64,000 nt of DNA. Source: Deltaproteobacteria bacterium. GTDB lineage: Bacteria; Desulfobacterota; Desulfobacteria; Desulfobacterales; Desulfatibacillaceae. The notes under the pieces were generated by a model. That model did no database searches. It was not told the DNA's origin and worked only from the letters and a program-made list of their open reading frames with translations. Below are positions 45,713 through 55,414 of the stretch, in pieces. Positions within the stretch are counted from its first letter, which is position 1; every line of letters begins with the position of its first letter. The translations under genes and the position numbers were made by a program. The stretch spans positions 1 to 64,000 of the forward strand of contig JACRLG010000028.1 of assembly GCA_016235345.1 (NCBI GenBank). The letters are read 5' to 3'.

Positions 45713-48700
45713 TCAGGTTTGATAAGGTACGGCTTCCGGCGACCGTGAATCGGGCAGGTACTTGTTCCGCTTCCACAGGAAAAAGACCGCCGGATAGACC
45801 AGAAGCTCCAGCAGAAACGACGTCACGAGCCCGCCGATCATTGGGGCCGCGATGCGCTTCATCACGTCCGAACCCGCCGAGGTGGACCACATTATGGGCA
45901 AAAGACCCATGAAGGCCGCCGCAACCGTCATGAGCTTGGGCCTCACCCTTTTCACCGCGCCGTGGACCACGGCCTCCACGAGGTCCGCCCGGTTGTTGAG
46001 ACGCCCCTCCGCCCTGGCCTCGCTGTAGGAAAGGTCAAGGAAAAGAAGCATGAACACGCCTGTTTCCGCGTCCAGGCCCAGAAGGGCGATAAGCCCCACC
46101 CAGGCCGCGATGGAGACGTTGTAATCCAGGAAATAAAACAGCCAGATCGCGCCCACAGCCGAAAAGGGAACCGCCATGAGAACTATCCCGGCCTTGACCG
46201 CCGAGCGGGTGTTGGCGAAAAGAAGCACGAAAATGAGAACCAGGGTTATGGGGATGATGACCTTCATGCGCTCCTTTACGCGCATCATGTTCTCGTACTG
46301 GCCGCTCCAGGAAAGGGTGTAGCCGGTGGGAATCTTCACGCTTTGGGCCACCCTTTGCTTGGCTTCCTCCACGAATCCGCCGAGGTCCCGGCCCGCCACG
46401 TAAACATAGACATAGGCGGACAGAAAGCCGTTTTCGTCCCGCAGCATGGAAGGCCCCTGGGCGAGGCTTACTGACGCAAGCTGCCCAAGGGGGGCCTGGG
46501 CTCCTGTAGGCGTGGGGACCAGAATCCTTGAAAGGCGCGGTACGTCGTCCCTAAGCTCCGACGGGTAGCGCACGTTCACCGAAAAGCGCTTTCTGCCCTC
46601 AACCGTCGTGGTGACCTCCTCGCCGCCCACCGCCGCCGCCACAACCTCGTTGAACGCTCCCACGGAAAGCCCGTAGCGGGCAAGCTGATCCCGATTCGGG
46701 GTGATGTCCAGGAAGTATCCGCTGGCCGCCTTTTCGGCGAAAACGCTGGTTGTACCCGGAACGGTCCTTATGGCGTTTTCGATGTCCGCGCCGATTTTTT
46801 CGATTTCAGCCAAATCCGCGCCGAAAATCTTGATGCCCACCGGGCTCCTGATTCCGGTTGTCAGCATGTCGATCCTGGCCTTTATGGGCATGGTGATGGC
46901 CCCACGGCTGGAAACGCCGGGAATGGCGAGCTTTTCGTCCATTTCGGCGATTAGCTCCTCGTAGGTCATGTGATCGGGCCAGAAGGGGCGGAAAAGAGCC
47001 GCCAGAAATCCGGGAGCCCAGCCGGAGTACCAGGCGTCCTTCGCCCGCCACTGGTTTTCGGGCTTTAGGACGATGGTTGTCTCCATCATGGAAAAAGGCG
47101 CGGGATCGGTGGATGTCTCGGCCCGGCCCGCCTTTCCGAAGACCCGCTCCACTTCGGGAAATCCCTTTAAAATCCTGTCCTGGGTTTCCATTATCCGCCG
47201 GGCCTCGGCAACCGAAATGCCCGGGAGGGTGGTGGGCATGAAAAGGAGGGTTCCCTCCCTAAGGGGCGGCATGAACTCGCTTCCGAGCTTGAAGTAGACA
47301 GGGATCGATACCGCCACCAGCAAAACGGAGGCTGCCGTCACCCACAAGGGAAAACGCAGAACGAACCGGCAGGCGGGCTCGTAAATTTTGAAGACCACGC
47401 GGCTTATGGGATGGCGCTCCTCCGGGTGATAAACCCCCACGAAAAGGGACGAGGCCATGCGAGCCAGAAACCTTGGCCGGAACATGAAAGGATCCATGCG
47501 GGTGAAAAGCATCCGCATGGCAGGGTCCAGGGTGACTGCAAGAATGGCGGCGATGGCCATGGCGAGGTTCTTGGAATAGGCCAGGGGCTTGAAAAGACGC
47601 CCTTCCTGGTCCACCAGGGCGAACACCGGCAGAAAGGCCACCGCTATCACCAGAAGCGAGAAAAACACCGAAGGCCCTATCTCCTGCAGGGCTTCAAGCC
47701 TCACCTTGTGGAAGTCCCCCTTGCGCCCCCCCGCCTGCCACAACTGGAGCTTGTTGTAGGCGTTTTCCACCTCCACTATGGCCCCGTCCACAAGAACGCC
47801 TATGGAAATGGCGATTCCGGCCAGAGACATTATGTTAACAGTGACTCCCATGAAATACATGGGAATGAAGGAAAAGAGCACCGCAACGGGGATGGTCACG
47901 ATGGGCACTATGGCCGAGGGAACGTGCCACAGGAAAAACAGGATGACCGCGCTGACAATAAGCATTTCCACCAAAAGCTCGTGGCGGAGAGTTTCCAGGG
48001 CGCGAAGGATGAGGTCCGAGCGGTCGTAGGTGGTGACGATTTTTACCCCTTCCGGCAGGGACGGCTCGATTGATTTCAGCTTTTCCTTCACCCTTTTGAT
48101 TACGTTCAAAGCGTTTTCCCCGTGGCGCATCACCACTATGCCGCCCACGGTGTCGCCTTCGCCGTCAAGGTCCGCGATGCCGCGCCTTATCTGGGGCCCC
48201 AGCTCCACCCGGCCAATGTCCGCGATGGTGACGGGTACGCCCTCAACCGGGGTTTTCACTGCGGCCCTTAAAAGGTCCTCCCTGCTTTTGAGGTAACCCC
48301 GGCCCCGCACCATGTACTCGGCCCCGGTGAACTCGATGAGCCTTCCGCCCACCTCGCTGTTGGATTCCCGAACTGCGGCGGCCACATCATTTATGGAAAC
48401 CCCGTATGCGGCCAGCCGGTTGGGATCAACCACAACCTGGTACTGCATCACGTAGCCGCCGATACCGGCCACCTCGGCCACGCCCGGCACTCCCTGGATG
48501 GCGTAGCGCAGGGTCCAGTCCTGGTATGTTCTAAGGTCCGCCAGGGAGTGCTTTCCAGATTCATCTTTTAAAGCGTACTGGTAGACCCAGCCAACGCCGG
48601 TTGCGTCCGGCCCAAGCTCGGTGGAAACCCCCTGGGGAAGCCTTGGCTGAATTTTGGACAGATATTCCAGGACCCGGCTTCTGGCCCAGTAGATGTCCGT

Positions 48701-48997
48701 GCCGTCTTCAAAGATGACATAGACGTATGAAAAGCCGAAATCCGAAAGCCCGCGTATGGCTTTTACCTTGGGCGCTCCCAGAAGGGCCGTGACCAGCGGG
48801 TAGGTGACCTGGTCCTCAATGATGTCGGGGGAGCGGTCCCAGCGCGAATAGACTATGACCTGGGTGTCCGAAAGGTCCGGGAGGGCGTCCAGCCGGATGT
48901 TGTTCAGGATGTGGATCGCCATCACCCCCACTGCCAGCGTGAAGACGATCACTATCCCACGATTATTGGCGCAAAACGCTATGAGCCGCCTTATCAT
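45713..48997 (-). CDS. Heavy-metal efflux RND transporter, CusA/CzcA family.
   Basis: 1094 aa with 12 TM segments. N-terminus MIRRLIAFCANNRGIVIVF...LPDLSDTQVIVYSRW is typical of HME-RND. Confidence 0.9.
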   Translation of the reverse strand: MIRRLIAFCANNRGIVIVFTLAVGVMAIHILNNIRLDALPDLSDTQVIVYSRWDRSPDIIEDQVTYPLVTALLGAPKVKAIRGLSDFGFSYVYVIFEDGTDIYWARSRVLEYLSKIQPRLPQGVSTELGPDATGVGWVYQYALKDESGKHSLADLRTYQDWTLRYAIQGVPGVAEVAGIGGYVMQYQVVVDPNRLAAYGVSINDVAAAVRESNSEVGGRLIEFTGAEYMVRGRGYLKSREDLLRAAVKTPVEGVPVTIADIGRVELGPQIRRGIADLDGEGDTVGGIVVMRHGENALNVIKRVKEKLKSIEPSLPEGVKIVTTYDRSDLILRALETLRHELLVEMLIVSAVILFFLWHVPSAIVPIVTIPVAVLFSFIPMYFMGVTVNIMSLAGIAISIGVLVDGAIVEVENAYNKLQLWQAGGRKGDFHKVRLEALQEIGPSVFFSLLVIAVAFLPVFALVDQEGRLFKPLAYSKNLAMAIAAILAVTLDPAMRMLFTRMDPFMFRPRFLARMASSLFVGVYHPEERHPISRVVFKIYEPACRFVLRFPLWVTAASVLLVAVSIPVYFKLGSEFMPPLREGTLLFMPTTLPGISVAEARRIMETQDRILKGFPEVERVFGKAGRAETSTDPAPFSMMETTIVLKPENQWRAKDAWYSGWAPGFLAALFRPFWPDHMTYEELIAEMDEKLAIPGVSSRGAITMPIKARIDMLTTGIRSPVGIKIFGADLAEIEKIGADIENAIRTVPGTTSVFAEKAASGYFLDITPNRDQLARYGLSVGAFNEVVAAAVGGEEVTTTVEGRKRFSVNVRYPSELRDDVPRLSRILVPTPTGAQAPLGQLASVSLAQGPSMLRDENGFLSAYVYVYVAGRDLGGFVEEAKQRVAQSVKIPTGYTLSWSGQYENMMRVKERMKVIIPITLVLIFVLLFANTRSAVKAGIVLMAVPFSAVGAIWLFYFLDYNVSIAAWVGLIALLGLDAETGVFMLLFLDLSYSEARAEGRLNNRADLVEAVVHGAVKRVRPKLMTVAAAFMGLLPIMWSTSAGSDVMKRIAAPMIGGLVTSFLLELLVYPAVFFLWKRNKYLPDSRSPEAVPYQT

Positions 48998-50373
48998 TTC
49001 GCGCCCCCCGATGCCGCCGCGCCCGATGCCGCCTCTATGGCCGCAGCCAGCCGGCTTTCGGAATCCATAAGGAAATTGGCGGAGACGACCACCTTCTCCC
49101 CGGCGGAAAGACCCGTCAGAACCTGGACCCGGCCCTGGCCTGCGGCCCCCGGAGTCACGGCCTTGGGCTCGAAGCGGCCTTCGCCCTTTTCAACGAAAAC
49201 AACGGTGCGGGCTCCGGTGCGCAACAAAGCCGTATCCGGCACGGATACTGATTCACCGAAATCGGAAACAAGGTTCACATCAACGAACATTCCGGGCTTT
49301 AGGGCAAGGCCGGGGTTTTTGAAGCTCAGGCGCGCCGTGAGGGTCCGGGAATCGGGCTTTAAAAAGGGAAGCAGAAAAACGATGCGTCCGGAAAGCGAAA
49401 GGCCGGGGTCGTAGGAGGAGGTCACAAGGGCGGTCTGCCCTTCTTTCAGGCTTGCCGCGTCCTGCTCGTAGAAGTCCGCCTCCACCCAAACGGTGGAAAG
49501 ATCGGCAACGGTTAAAAGCACCGCGCCCGGCTCCACCTGCTGGCCAAGGGTTACTCCCTTTTCCAGCACCAGACCCGTAACGGGCGAGAAAATGGTCACA
49601 AGCCGCTTTACCCTTCCGGTCTTTTCAAGCTCCCGGATGAAGCTTTCGGGCACGTCGAAAAGGGTGAGGCGCTTCCGGGCCGCATTCATGAGATTTTTGC
49701 CCATGGCTCTGGTTTCAGGGTCGGGTGATGACGAAAACTCGCGGGCTGCAGCCCTGGCCCGCAAGAATTCCTCCTGGCTGGCCACAAGTTGGGGCGAGTA
49801 AAGGGACAGGAGGGGCTGGCCCTTTTTCACTGCGATTCCCGTGGTGTTGGCGTAGAGGGTCTCCACCCAGCCGGAAATCTTGGTTTGCACCCGAAAAATC
49901 CGGGCCTCGTCCGGGGTTACCCTTCCCACCGTGCGCACGCTTTTGGTGAAATGCCCGGATTCCGCAGGTGCAAGGCGAACACCCGCCAGGGACAGGGCCT
50001 TGGAATCCAGCACCACAGGCCCAAGGCCCGGAACCGCGCCGGATTCTTCGTCTTCGGCGAAAAAGTCCTCGGCCTCTTCCTCGAAGGTTTTCTTCTTTGC
50101 CGGAGCCGCGCCCTCGTCGCTGTAAACGGGGGTGTAGTCCATGCCCATCTCGTCCTTGGCGGGCACGGGCGAGGTAATGGCTGGGTTCATGGGGTTTCTG
50201 TAAAAAAGAATCTTGCGCTCTTTGGACGCGCTGGCCGTTCCGCTCTTCGCAGCCCCGGTTTCCGAGTTGCCGGGTGCGTGTTGGCGGCCCAGGAGGAACC
50301 CCGTAACCAGAAGCGTCGCCGCAGCCAGCGCGATAAGCCCGAAACGCAGGATTTTTCCCTGTTTTTTCTGCAT
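48994..50373 (-). CDS. RND efflux membrane fusion (periplasmic adaptor) protein, CusB/CzcB-like.
   Basis: N-terminal TM/signal, beta-barrel/lipoyl/alpha-hairpin architecture. Overlaps the RND gene by 4 bp. Confidence 0.85.
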   Translation of the reverse strand: MQKKQGKILRFGLIALAAATLLVTGFLLGRQHAPGNSETGAAKSGTASASKERKILFYRNPMNPAITSPVPAKDEMGMDYTPVYSDEGAAPAKKKTFEEEAEDFFAEDEESGAVPGLGPVVLDSKALSLAGVRLAPAESGHFTKSVRTVGRVTPDEARIFRVQTKISGWVETLYANTTGIAVKKGQPLLSLYSPQLVASQEEFLRARAAAREFSSSPDPETRAMGKNLMNAARKRLTLFDVPESFIRELEKTGRVKRLVTIFSPVTGLVLEKGVTLGQQVEPGAVLLTVADLSTVWVEADFYEQDAASLKEGQTALVTSSYDPGLSLSGRIVFLLPFLKPDSRTLTARLSFKNPGLALKPGMFVDVNLVSDFGESVSVPDTALLRTGARTVVFVEKGEGRFEPKAVTPGAAGQGRVQVLTGLSAGEKVVVSANFLMDSESRLAAAIEAASGAAASGGAK

Positions 50374-50411
50374 GGATCAGTTCCCCCTAGTGGAGAATCA
50401 GGCGCTTTGGC

Positions 50412-51902
50412 TTATCGCGGTTTTGACGCCGGAAACTCGTCGGTTCCCACCGCCTCGTAAAGTTCAGCCAGGGCAAGGCCAAGGTCGCGCCGGGCGGAAA
50501 GGGCCGCAGTCCCCGCCTCCAGCCGGGCAAGGGCTATTTCGGTGAGATCGGATAGATTCAAACCGCCTGTTTCGTAGTCTTTGAGGGCAGAGGAAAAATT
50601 GAGGCGCGCCAGGGTTTCGACGCGCTCCGAGTAAAGGGCGGCTTCCCTTTTTGCCTTGTCCGCGCGGGTCCAGGCATCCCGCACAAGGGCAGGGGTTTCG
50701 GCTATGGCGCTCGCAAGATCGGCCTTGAGAGCGAGAAGCCGCGCCCTTGTTTCAAGGAGATAGGCGTAAGTTGGGCCTGAAAGCCTGGGCGCTACGGAGC
50801 CGGTCGCGCCGTTCATGGCGGCTTCCTCCCCCTGCCGGGAAATCCGTTTTGAGGGTAGGGACAGGTTGAATGGCCGCCCGAAACCGGATTCCGCCTCCAT
50901 CATCAAAATCGATAGTTCCGCGCGGGCAACCGCCGCCTCCAACTTTTTGATCTCCTGGCGGCGGGAAAGGGCCAGGAGGATCAGGCTTTCGGGCCTTGGG
51001 AAGGCCGAAGAAGGCCCCGACTTTCCCGGATGTCCAAGAACAGCCCCTGACGGAAGCTCCAGGAGGGCCGCGAGACTTGCGCGGAGAGCCTCCCCTTCGC
51101 GCTTTAAGGTAAGCCGCTCCTCCTCAATTTTCTGCTTTTGCACAAGGGCTTCGGTCACGTCCTTCAAATCCGCTTCCCCTGTTTCGTAGCGCCGCGCCAG
51201 GGTATCGGGCAGGCCGCTTACGAGACGCAGGGTTTCATCTGCTATACGCAGAGCCCCTTGATTATACCAAATCTCCCAATAGAGACGCCGGGCCGTGGTG
51301 AGCGCGGTTCGTCGGGCCATTTCACGCTCGAAAAAGGCTTCCGCCGCTTCCCGGCCCGCCATCTGCCCTTGCAGGGCAACCACCTCGGGATAGGGAAACC
51401 CGGCGGCCATGCCAGCCCCCAGGTCTCTTGCAAAGACCGAGTACTGCGATAACTGGTCCATCAACTCCGACAACTGCCCGTAGGCGTTGAGGGAGGCCGC
51501 AAGGCTCGAATCTGCTGCGCGGACCGCCGGGTTCCGGCCAAGGGCGAGGGTTTCAAGGGTTTCCAGTGAAAATTCGCCCGAAAGAGCTTTTTGGGCCAGA
51601 CTGCCATCCGAAAACGCGGGGGAAAGAGCCTTCAAAAGCCGGGGCGGCGTCTGATGGAACACAGATATTGCGGAGGGCTCCGAAACCGCCTTTTCCCATT
51701 CCGCGCGCGCCTGCCGCAACTCATCGACCCATGGGGCGGGGACGGCCTCAACGGAAACCGGGCCGCCTGCATCCTTTTCCACAGCCGCCTTGTAAAATGA
51801 TGAGGGCTCGTAGGCTTCGGGAATTTTGACCGCGCAGGAAGCGGAAAAAGTCACGGCGACAGCCGCTAAAAAAGCAAGTGAGACGGAGGCGCGGGTTTTC
51901 AT
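50412..51902 (-). CDS. Outer-membrane efflux protein (TolC/OEP family, CusC/CzcC-like).
   Basis: Signal peptide and two OEP repeats. Operonic with the adaptor and RND genes. Confidence 0.8.
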   Translation of the reverse strand: MKTRASVSLAFLAAVAVTFSASCAVKIPEAYEPSSFYKAAVEKDAGGPVSVEAVPAPWVDELRQARAEWEKAVSEPSAISVFHQTPPRLLKALSPAFSDGSLAQKALSGEFSLETLETLALGRNPAVRAADSSLAASLNAYGQLSELMDQLSQYSVFARDLGAGMAAGFPYPEVVALQGQMAGREAAEAFFEREMARRTALTTARRLYWEIWYNQGALRIADETLRLVSGLPDTLARRYETGEADLKDVTEALVQKQKIEEERLTLKREGEALRASLAALLELPSGAVLGHPGKSGPSSAFPRPESLILLALSRRQEIKKLEAAVARAELSILMMEAESGFGRPFNLSLPSKRISRQGEEAAMNGATGSVAPRLSGPTYAYLLETRARLLALKADLASAIAETPALVRDAWTRADKAKREAALYSERVETLARLNFSSALKDYETGGLNLSDLTEIALARLEAGTAALSARRDLGLALAELYEAVGTDEFPASKPR

Positions 51903-53275
51903 TGCGCCCCCTTTTCCGCGCAGGGCTCCGGGACATCCTTCACCGTGAGTCTCGCTCCCGCGAGCCCCTCCAGGCGGGCGAGATTTTGGGCATGGTCGGC
52001 TTCGGCCCGTAAAAGGGCGAGCCGGAAAGAATACCAGGACGATTCGATTTCGACCGCGTCCGATAAACTTCCCAACCCCTGCCGGTACCAGGAGCGGGCT
52101 GTTTCCATGGACCGGGCCGCCTGGGGGATGAGGCTTTCCCGGTAGAGCCCGACAAGACGCCTGGCGTTTTCCATTTTAAACCAGGTTTCACGGATCATGG
52201 AAAAGGTATCGTTCGTCATGCCGCGCTCGTTGGCCAGGACCTTATCCACAGCCGCCAGGGCCGCTTTCCTGCGCCCGGAATTTTTCGCGCCCCACACGGG
52301 AAGACTAAGCCCAAGCTCCAGCCCCACCATGTTATCCGGTTCGGCCATGCCGTCGCCGGGCTCGGTGTTTTCCACCATGAGGCCCAGCATGGTTTCGGGA
52401 TAGGTCTCGTAACGGGCCATGTCATATTCGGCGCGGGCCGCCGATATTTCGGCGCGGGCCATCAGAATTTCGTAGTTGTTGGCGCGGGCGAGGCAGTAGA
52501 TTTCCGAAAGGGTGTAGGCGACAGGTTCGGCGGGAGCTGCCAGGAGAGCGCCCAACGGGGCTTCCGGCGGCCTGTCCAGAAGGGCGTTCAGCCGCGCAAG
52601 CTCGGTTTTTTCCGATTCCATAAGATAGACAAGGTCCAGGGCCGCCTGGGCGGTCTGGCTTTTGGCCTTCATCACGTCCACCAGGGCGGCCCGGTTTCCA
52701 GCGTAGGCCGACCCGGCAAGCGCGGCCATCGATTCCAGGGCGGCCTGATTCTGCCGGGCCAGCTCCTGCGCGCCCCTGAGGTAGTCAAGTTCATGAAAAC
52801 TTGTGGTGACGGCGGTGACCATGTCCCGTACTGCTGCGTCGACGGCGATCCGGCCAGAAAGCGCGGCGGCCTGTGCGGCCCTTCTTGCGGCGGCGGTTTT
52901 TCCCGGAAGGGGGACGGCCTGGTTGATTGCCGCCGTCCATTTCTGATCGCCGGAGTCGCTCCACGCGCCCGGCCAGAAACCAAGGGACAACTGAGGATCG
53001 TTCCAGGCCCCGGCCACGGCCACGTTCCGCCGGGCCTCGTCAAGGGCCGCTTTTTTGGAGAGAATTAGAGGATTATGATCAAAGGCATAGGTTAGAAGAT
53101 CTGTGAGGGCTACAGATTCGGCAAGGGCCGCCATTGATGCGCCGGGACCCTCACGTGCTGGTGATCGTGGTTGACCTGATGCTGCAGAGCCCGTCGCTGA
53201 AACGGCAAGGACGGCGAGGAAGGCCAGAAAAGCCGCGCCGGATAATGCCTTTTTCCGCCCCCTGATGCTTTTCAA
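51899..53275 (-). CDS. Second outer-membrane efflux protein (TolC/OEP family).
   Basis: OEP repeats. Start placed at TTG 53275 (KSIRGRKKALSGAAFLAFLAVLAVS...) with AGGAGG 7 nt upstream. Confidence 0.75.
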   Translation of the reverse strand: MKSIRGRKKALSGAAFLAFLAVLAVSATGSAASGQPRSPAREGPGASMAALAESVALTDLLTYAFDHNPLILSKKAALDEARRNVAVAGAWNDPQLSLGFWPGAWSDSGDQKWTAAINQAVPLPGKTAAARRAAQAAALSGRIAVDAAVRDMVTAVTTSFHELDYLRGAQELARQNQAALESMAALAGSAYAGNRAALVDVMKAKSQTAQAALDLVYLMESEKTELARLNALLDRPPEAPLGALLAAPAEPVAYTLSEIYCLARANNYEILMARAEISAARAEYDMARYETYPETMLGLMVENTEPGDGMAEPDNMVGLELGLSLPVWGAKNSGRRKAALAAVDKVLANERGMTNDTFSMIRETWFKMENARRLVGLYRESLIPQAARSMETARSWYRQGLGSLSDAVEIESSWYSFRLALLRAEADHAQNLARLEGLAGARLTVKDVPEPCAEKGAQ

Positions 53276-53298
53276 TTTGCGCCTCCTAAATTCATTAA

Positions 53299-53319
53299 AT
53301 CCTACCTTGACGGTAGGAT
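53299..53319. promoter_or_regulatory. Putative operator: perfect 8-bp inverted repeat ATCCTACC-N5-GGTAGGAT about 25 bp upstream of the efflux operon start.
   Basis: The palindrome sits in an AT-rich promoter region, next to direct CTTGnnAA repeats and an AAACATGTTT palindrome further upstream. Confidence 0.25.
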
Positions 53320-53610
53320 CTAAAAATAAGAGGACTAAAAACCTTGTCAACCTTGAACATCTTGCAAAAAAAACAAAGACAATTAAAAGTGTATTATAAA
53401 TTCAGTACTCAGGCAACATTTTCAAACATGTTTTTAAGGCCAAAATTCCGTGAGCGTACGAAGGCTTGGTTTGCATGTACGTTTACGGCATTGTGAAGCG
53501 CTTTAACGCCCGCCATATTTTGATGCCATATTTTGATTGAAAGGACGCCTGATTGGCTGTATGGTGAACCCCATTAACAGCCTGTTGAAAACGGCTGGAA
53601 GTAAAGCCCG

Positions 53611-53728
53611 CCGAAAAACGATGAGTTGCAAGGCGCACGAAAAGCCAATGAGTCAAGCGTACTTTTCGTACGTGACGGAATTGGCTTTGAAGTGCGAACA
53701 CTGCCAAATCGCATTTTTCGACGGGCTG
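53611..53728 (-). repeat. Intergenic palindromic repeat element, copy F (subfamily 1, inverted orientation). A degenerate partial copy lies at about 53445-53520.
   Basis: Reverse complement of the AAGCCAATTCCGTCACGTACGAAAAGTACGCTTGACTCATTGGCTT core, with terminal CGAAAAACGATG. Confidence 0.65.
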
Positions 53729-53880
53729 TTAACGCAATAATGATGGGCCTGTAACAAGCCCCGGCTGTGAAGGCGTCAAAGAAGCATGGCGGCCCGGAAG
53801 TTTAAAGAAGTGCCCAGAAGGCGTTTCGGAAACCCTGCAAGGCCTTTCCAAAACCTGACCCGCAGACAAAAGGAGGAAAC

Positions 53881-54360
53881 ATGGAAGCCACGTTCAAGAG
53901 GATATTGGCCCCGGTGGACCTTTCGGACGTTTCGCCCGTAATGGTGCCTTTCATCAAGAGCATAGCCAAAAAGTGGGACGCGGAGGTTCATCTTCTGTTC
54001 GTGGTTCGGGTTCTGGAGCATTTTACGGCCATGTACGTGCCCGACATCTCCATCACCCGCCTGGAGCAGGAGATGGTGCAGGGAGCGGAAAGAAAGATGG
54101 AGGAGTTCATCCAGCAGCATTTCAAGGACATCCCGGTGGTAAAACCCAAGGTGGTCCTGGGGGATGCCTCCGAAGAGATTCTGAACCACGTGAACCGGGA
54201 AAAGATCGACCTTGTGATCCTTGGCACCCACGGGCGCAAGGGCCTGGAAAAACTCTTTTTCGGCTCGGTGGCTGAAAAGGTCGTCAAGACCTCGCCCGTG
54301 CCTGTGCTTTCCATCAACCCGTACCGCGCGCGCAAGGATCAGACAGCCGCAAAACCGTGA
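53881..54360 (+). CDS. Universal stress protein (UspA family).
   Basis: ILAPVDLSD and DLVILGTHGRKGLEKLFFGSVAEKVV motifs. RBS AAGGAGGA. Confidence 0.85.
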   Translation: MEATFKRILAPVDLSDVSPVMVPFIKSIAKKWDAEVHLLFVVRVLEHFTAMYVPDISITRLEQEMVQGAERKMEEFIQQHFKDIPVVKPKVVLGDASEEILNHVNREKIDLVILGTHGRKGLEKLFFGSVAEKVVKTSPVPVLSINPYRARKDQTAAKP

Positions 54361-54575
54361 ATCCTGAGCTTTACGGCGACTTTGTTCGAGGCCGCCGGGG
54401 CGGAATGGTTCAAAAACCCCGGCGGCCCCAAACATGGTATCTGCGCGCCCTTTGGAACCCATCTCAACCACGCGGCAGGCCTGCCTGCCGTCTCCCGCCT
54501 TAAAATCATTCATGCGCCTGCCCCTTGCGGCGGAAAATATTCCGTTCTTCAATTGATTAAAGATGAAAAGGCGAC

Positions 54576-55337
54576 ATGGACCAACTTTACGAAGCCATAT
54601 GGAAACGGGCGAAAGAGATAGCGAAACGGTATCCGCCGCCTTCTTTTTACGATGAAAATTCGCGGGAATGCGCCTTTTCCAGAAGGTTTTTCGAAACCGA
54701 CGAAACCGTGGGCGACCTCTACTCCTACGTTTCCGCACGAATCGACGATGACCTTGGTCACGGCCTTGACCACGTCACCAAGGTCACCCTGGACGCCGGG
54801 GCCCTGGTGCTCGCCGAGGAGGGCTCCGGGGGCGAGCCCGGCCATGAGGCCCTAAGAAGGCTCTTTCTGGTCCAGTGCGCGGGTCTTTTGCACGACATTG
54901 CCAGAAAGGAAAAAAACCACGCGGCCAAGGGCGCGGAAATGGCCGAAGATATTCTTTCCGGCTACGCGCTTACCGATTCCGAAAAGGCCGAGGTGTGCCA
55001 GGCCATTTCAAACCACGAGGCCTTCCGCCCCGTGAGCGCCGCCATCACGCCACGGGCCGGGCTTCTGTCGGACTGCCTTTACGACGCGGACAAGTTCAGG
55101 TGGGGGCCGGACAACTTCACCGATACGGTTTGGGCCATGATCTCCTTTTTCAAGGCCCCACTCTCGGTTTTTCTGGACCGTTACGCAGAGGGGATAGAGG
55201 GCATCATCCGCATAAAATCTACCTTCCGTTCCGTAACGGGAAGGCGCTTCGGCCCGGAGTTCATAGATACCGGGCTTTTGATGGGGGATGAAATTTACAG
55301 GATGCTAAAGGACGAATTTGAAGACAAAAATCATTGA
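54576..55337 (+). CDS. HD-domain phosphohydrolase.
   Basis: H..HD motif context (AGLLHDIARKE, HAAKGAEMA). Confidence 0.65.
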   Translation: MDQLYEAIWKRAKEIAKRYPPPSFYDENSRECAFSRRFFETDETVGDLYSYVSARIDDDLGHGLDHVTKVTLDAGALVLAEEGSGGEPGHEALRRLFLVQCAGLLHDIARKEKNHAAKGAEMAEDILSGYALTDSEKAEVCQAISNHEAFRPVSAAITPRAGLLSDCLYDADKFRWGPDNFTDTVWAMISFFKAPLSVFLDRYAEGIEGIIRIKSTFRSVTGRRFGPEFIDTGLLMGDEIYRMLKDEFEDKNH

Positions 55338-55414
55338 CGCAAGAAGCTTCAAAGTTTTTACTGTCCCTGTAAAAATCCAGGGGTGATTAAAAGACTTCTC
55401 GAAGGACATGGCCA

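Noticed and set aside
53776-54738. 320-aa minus-strand ORF.
   Set aside because: It is antisense to two well-supported + strand genes (uspA and the HD-domain gene, both with good RBS and family motifs). Its high-GC antisense frame gives an Arg/Gly/Pro-rich, low-complexity translation.
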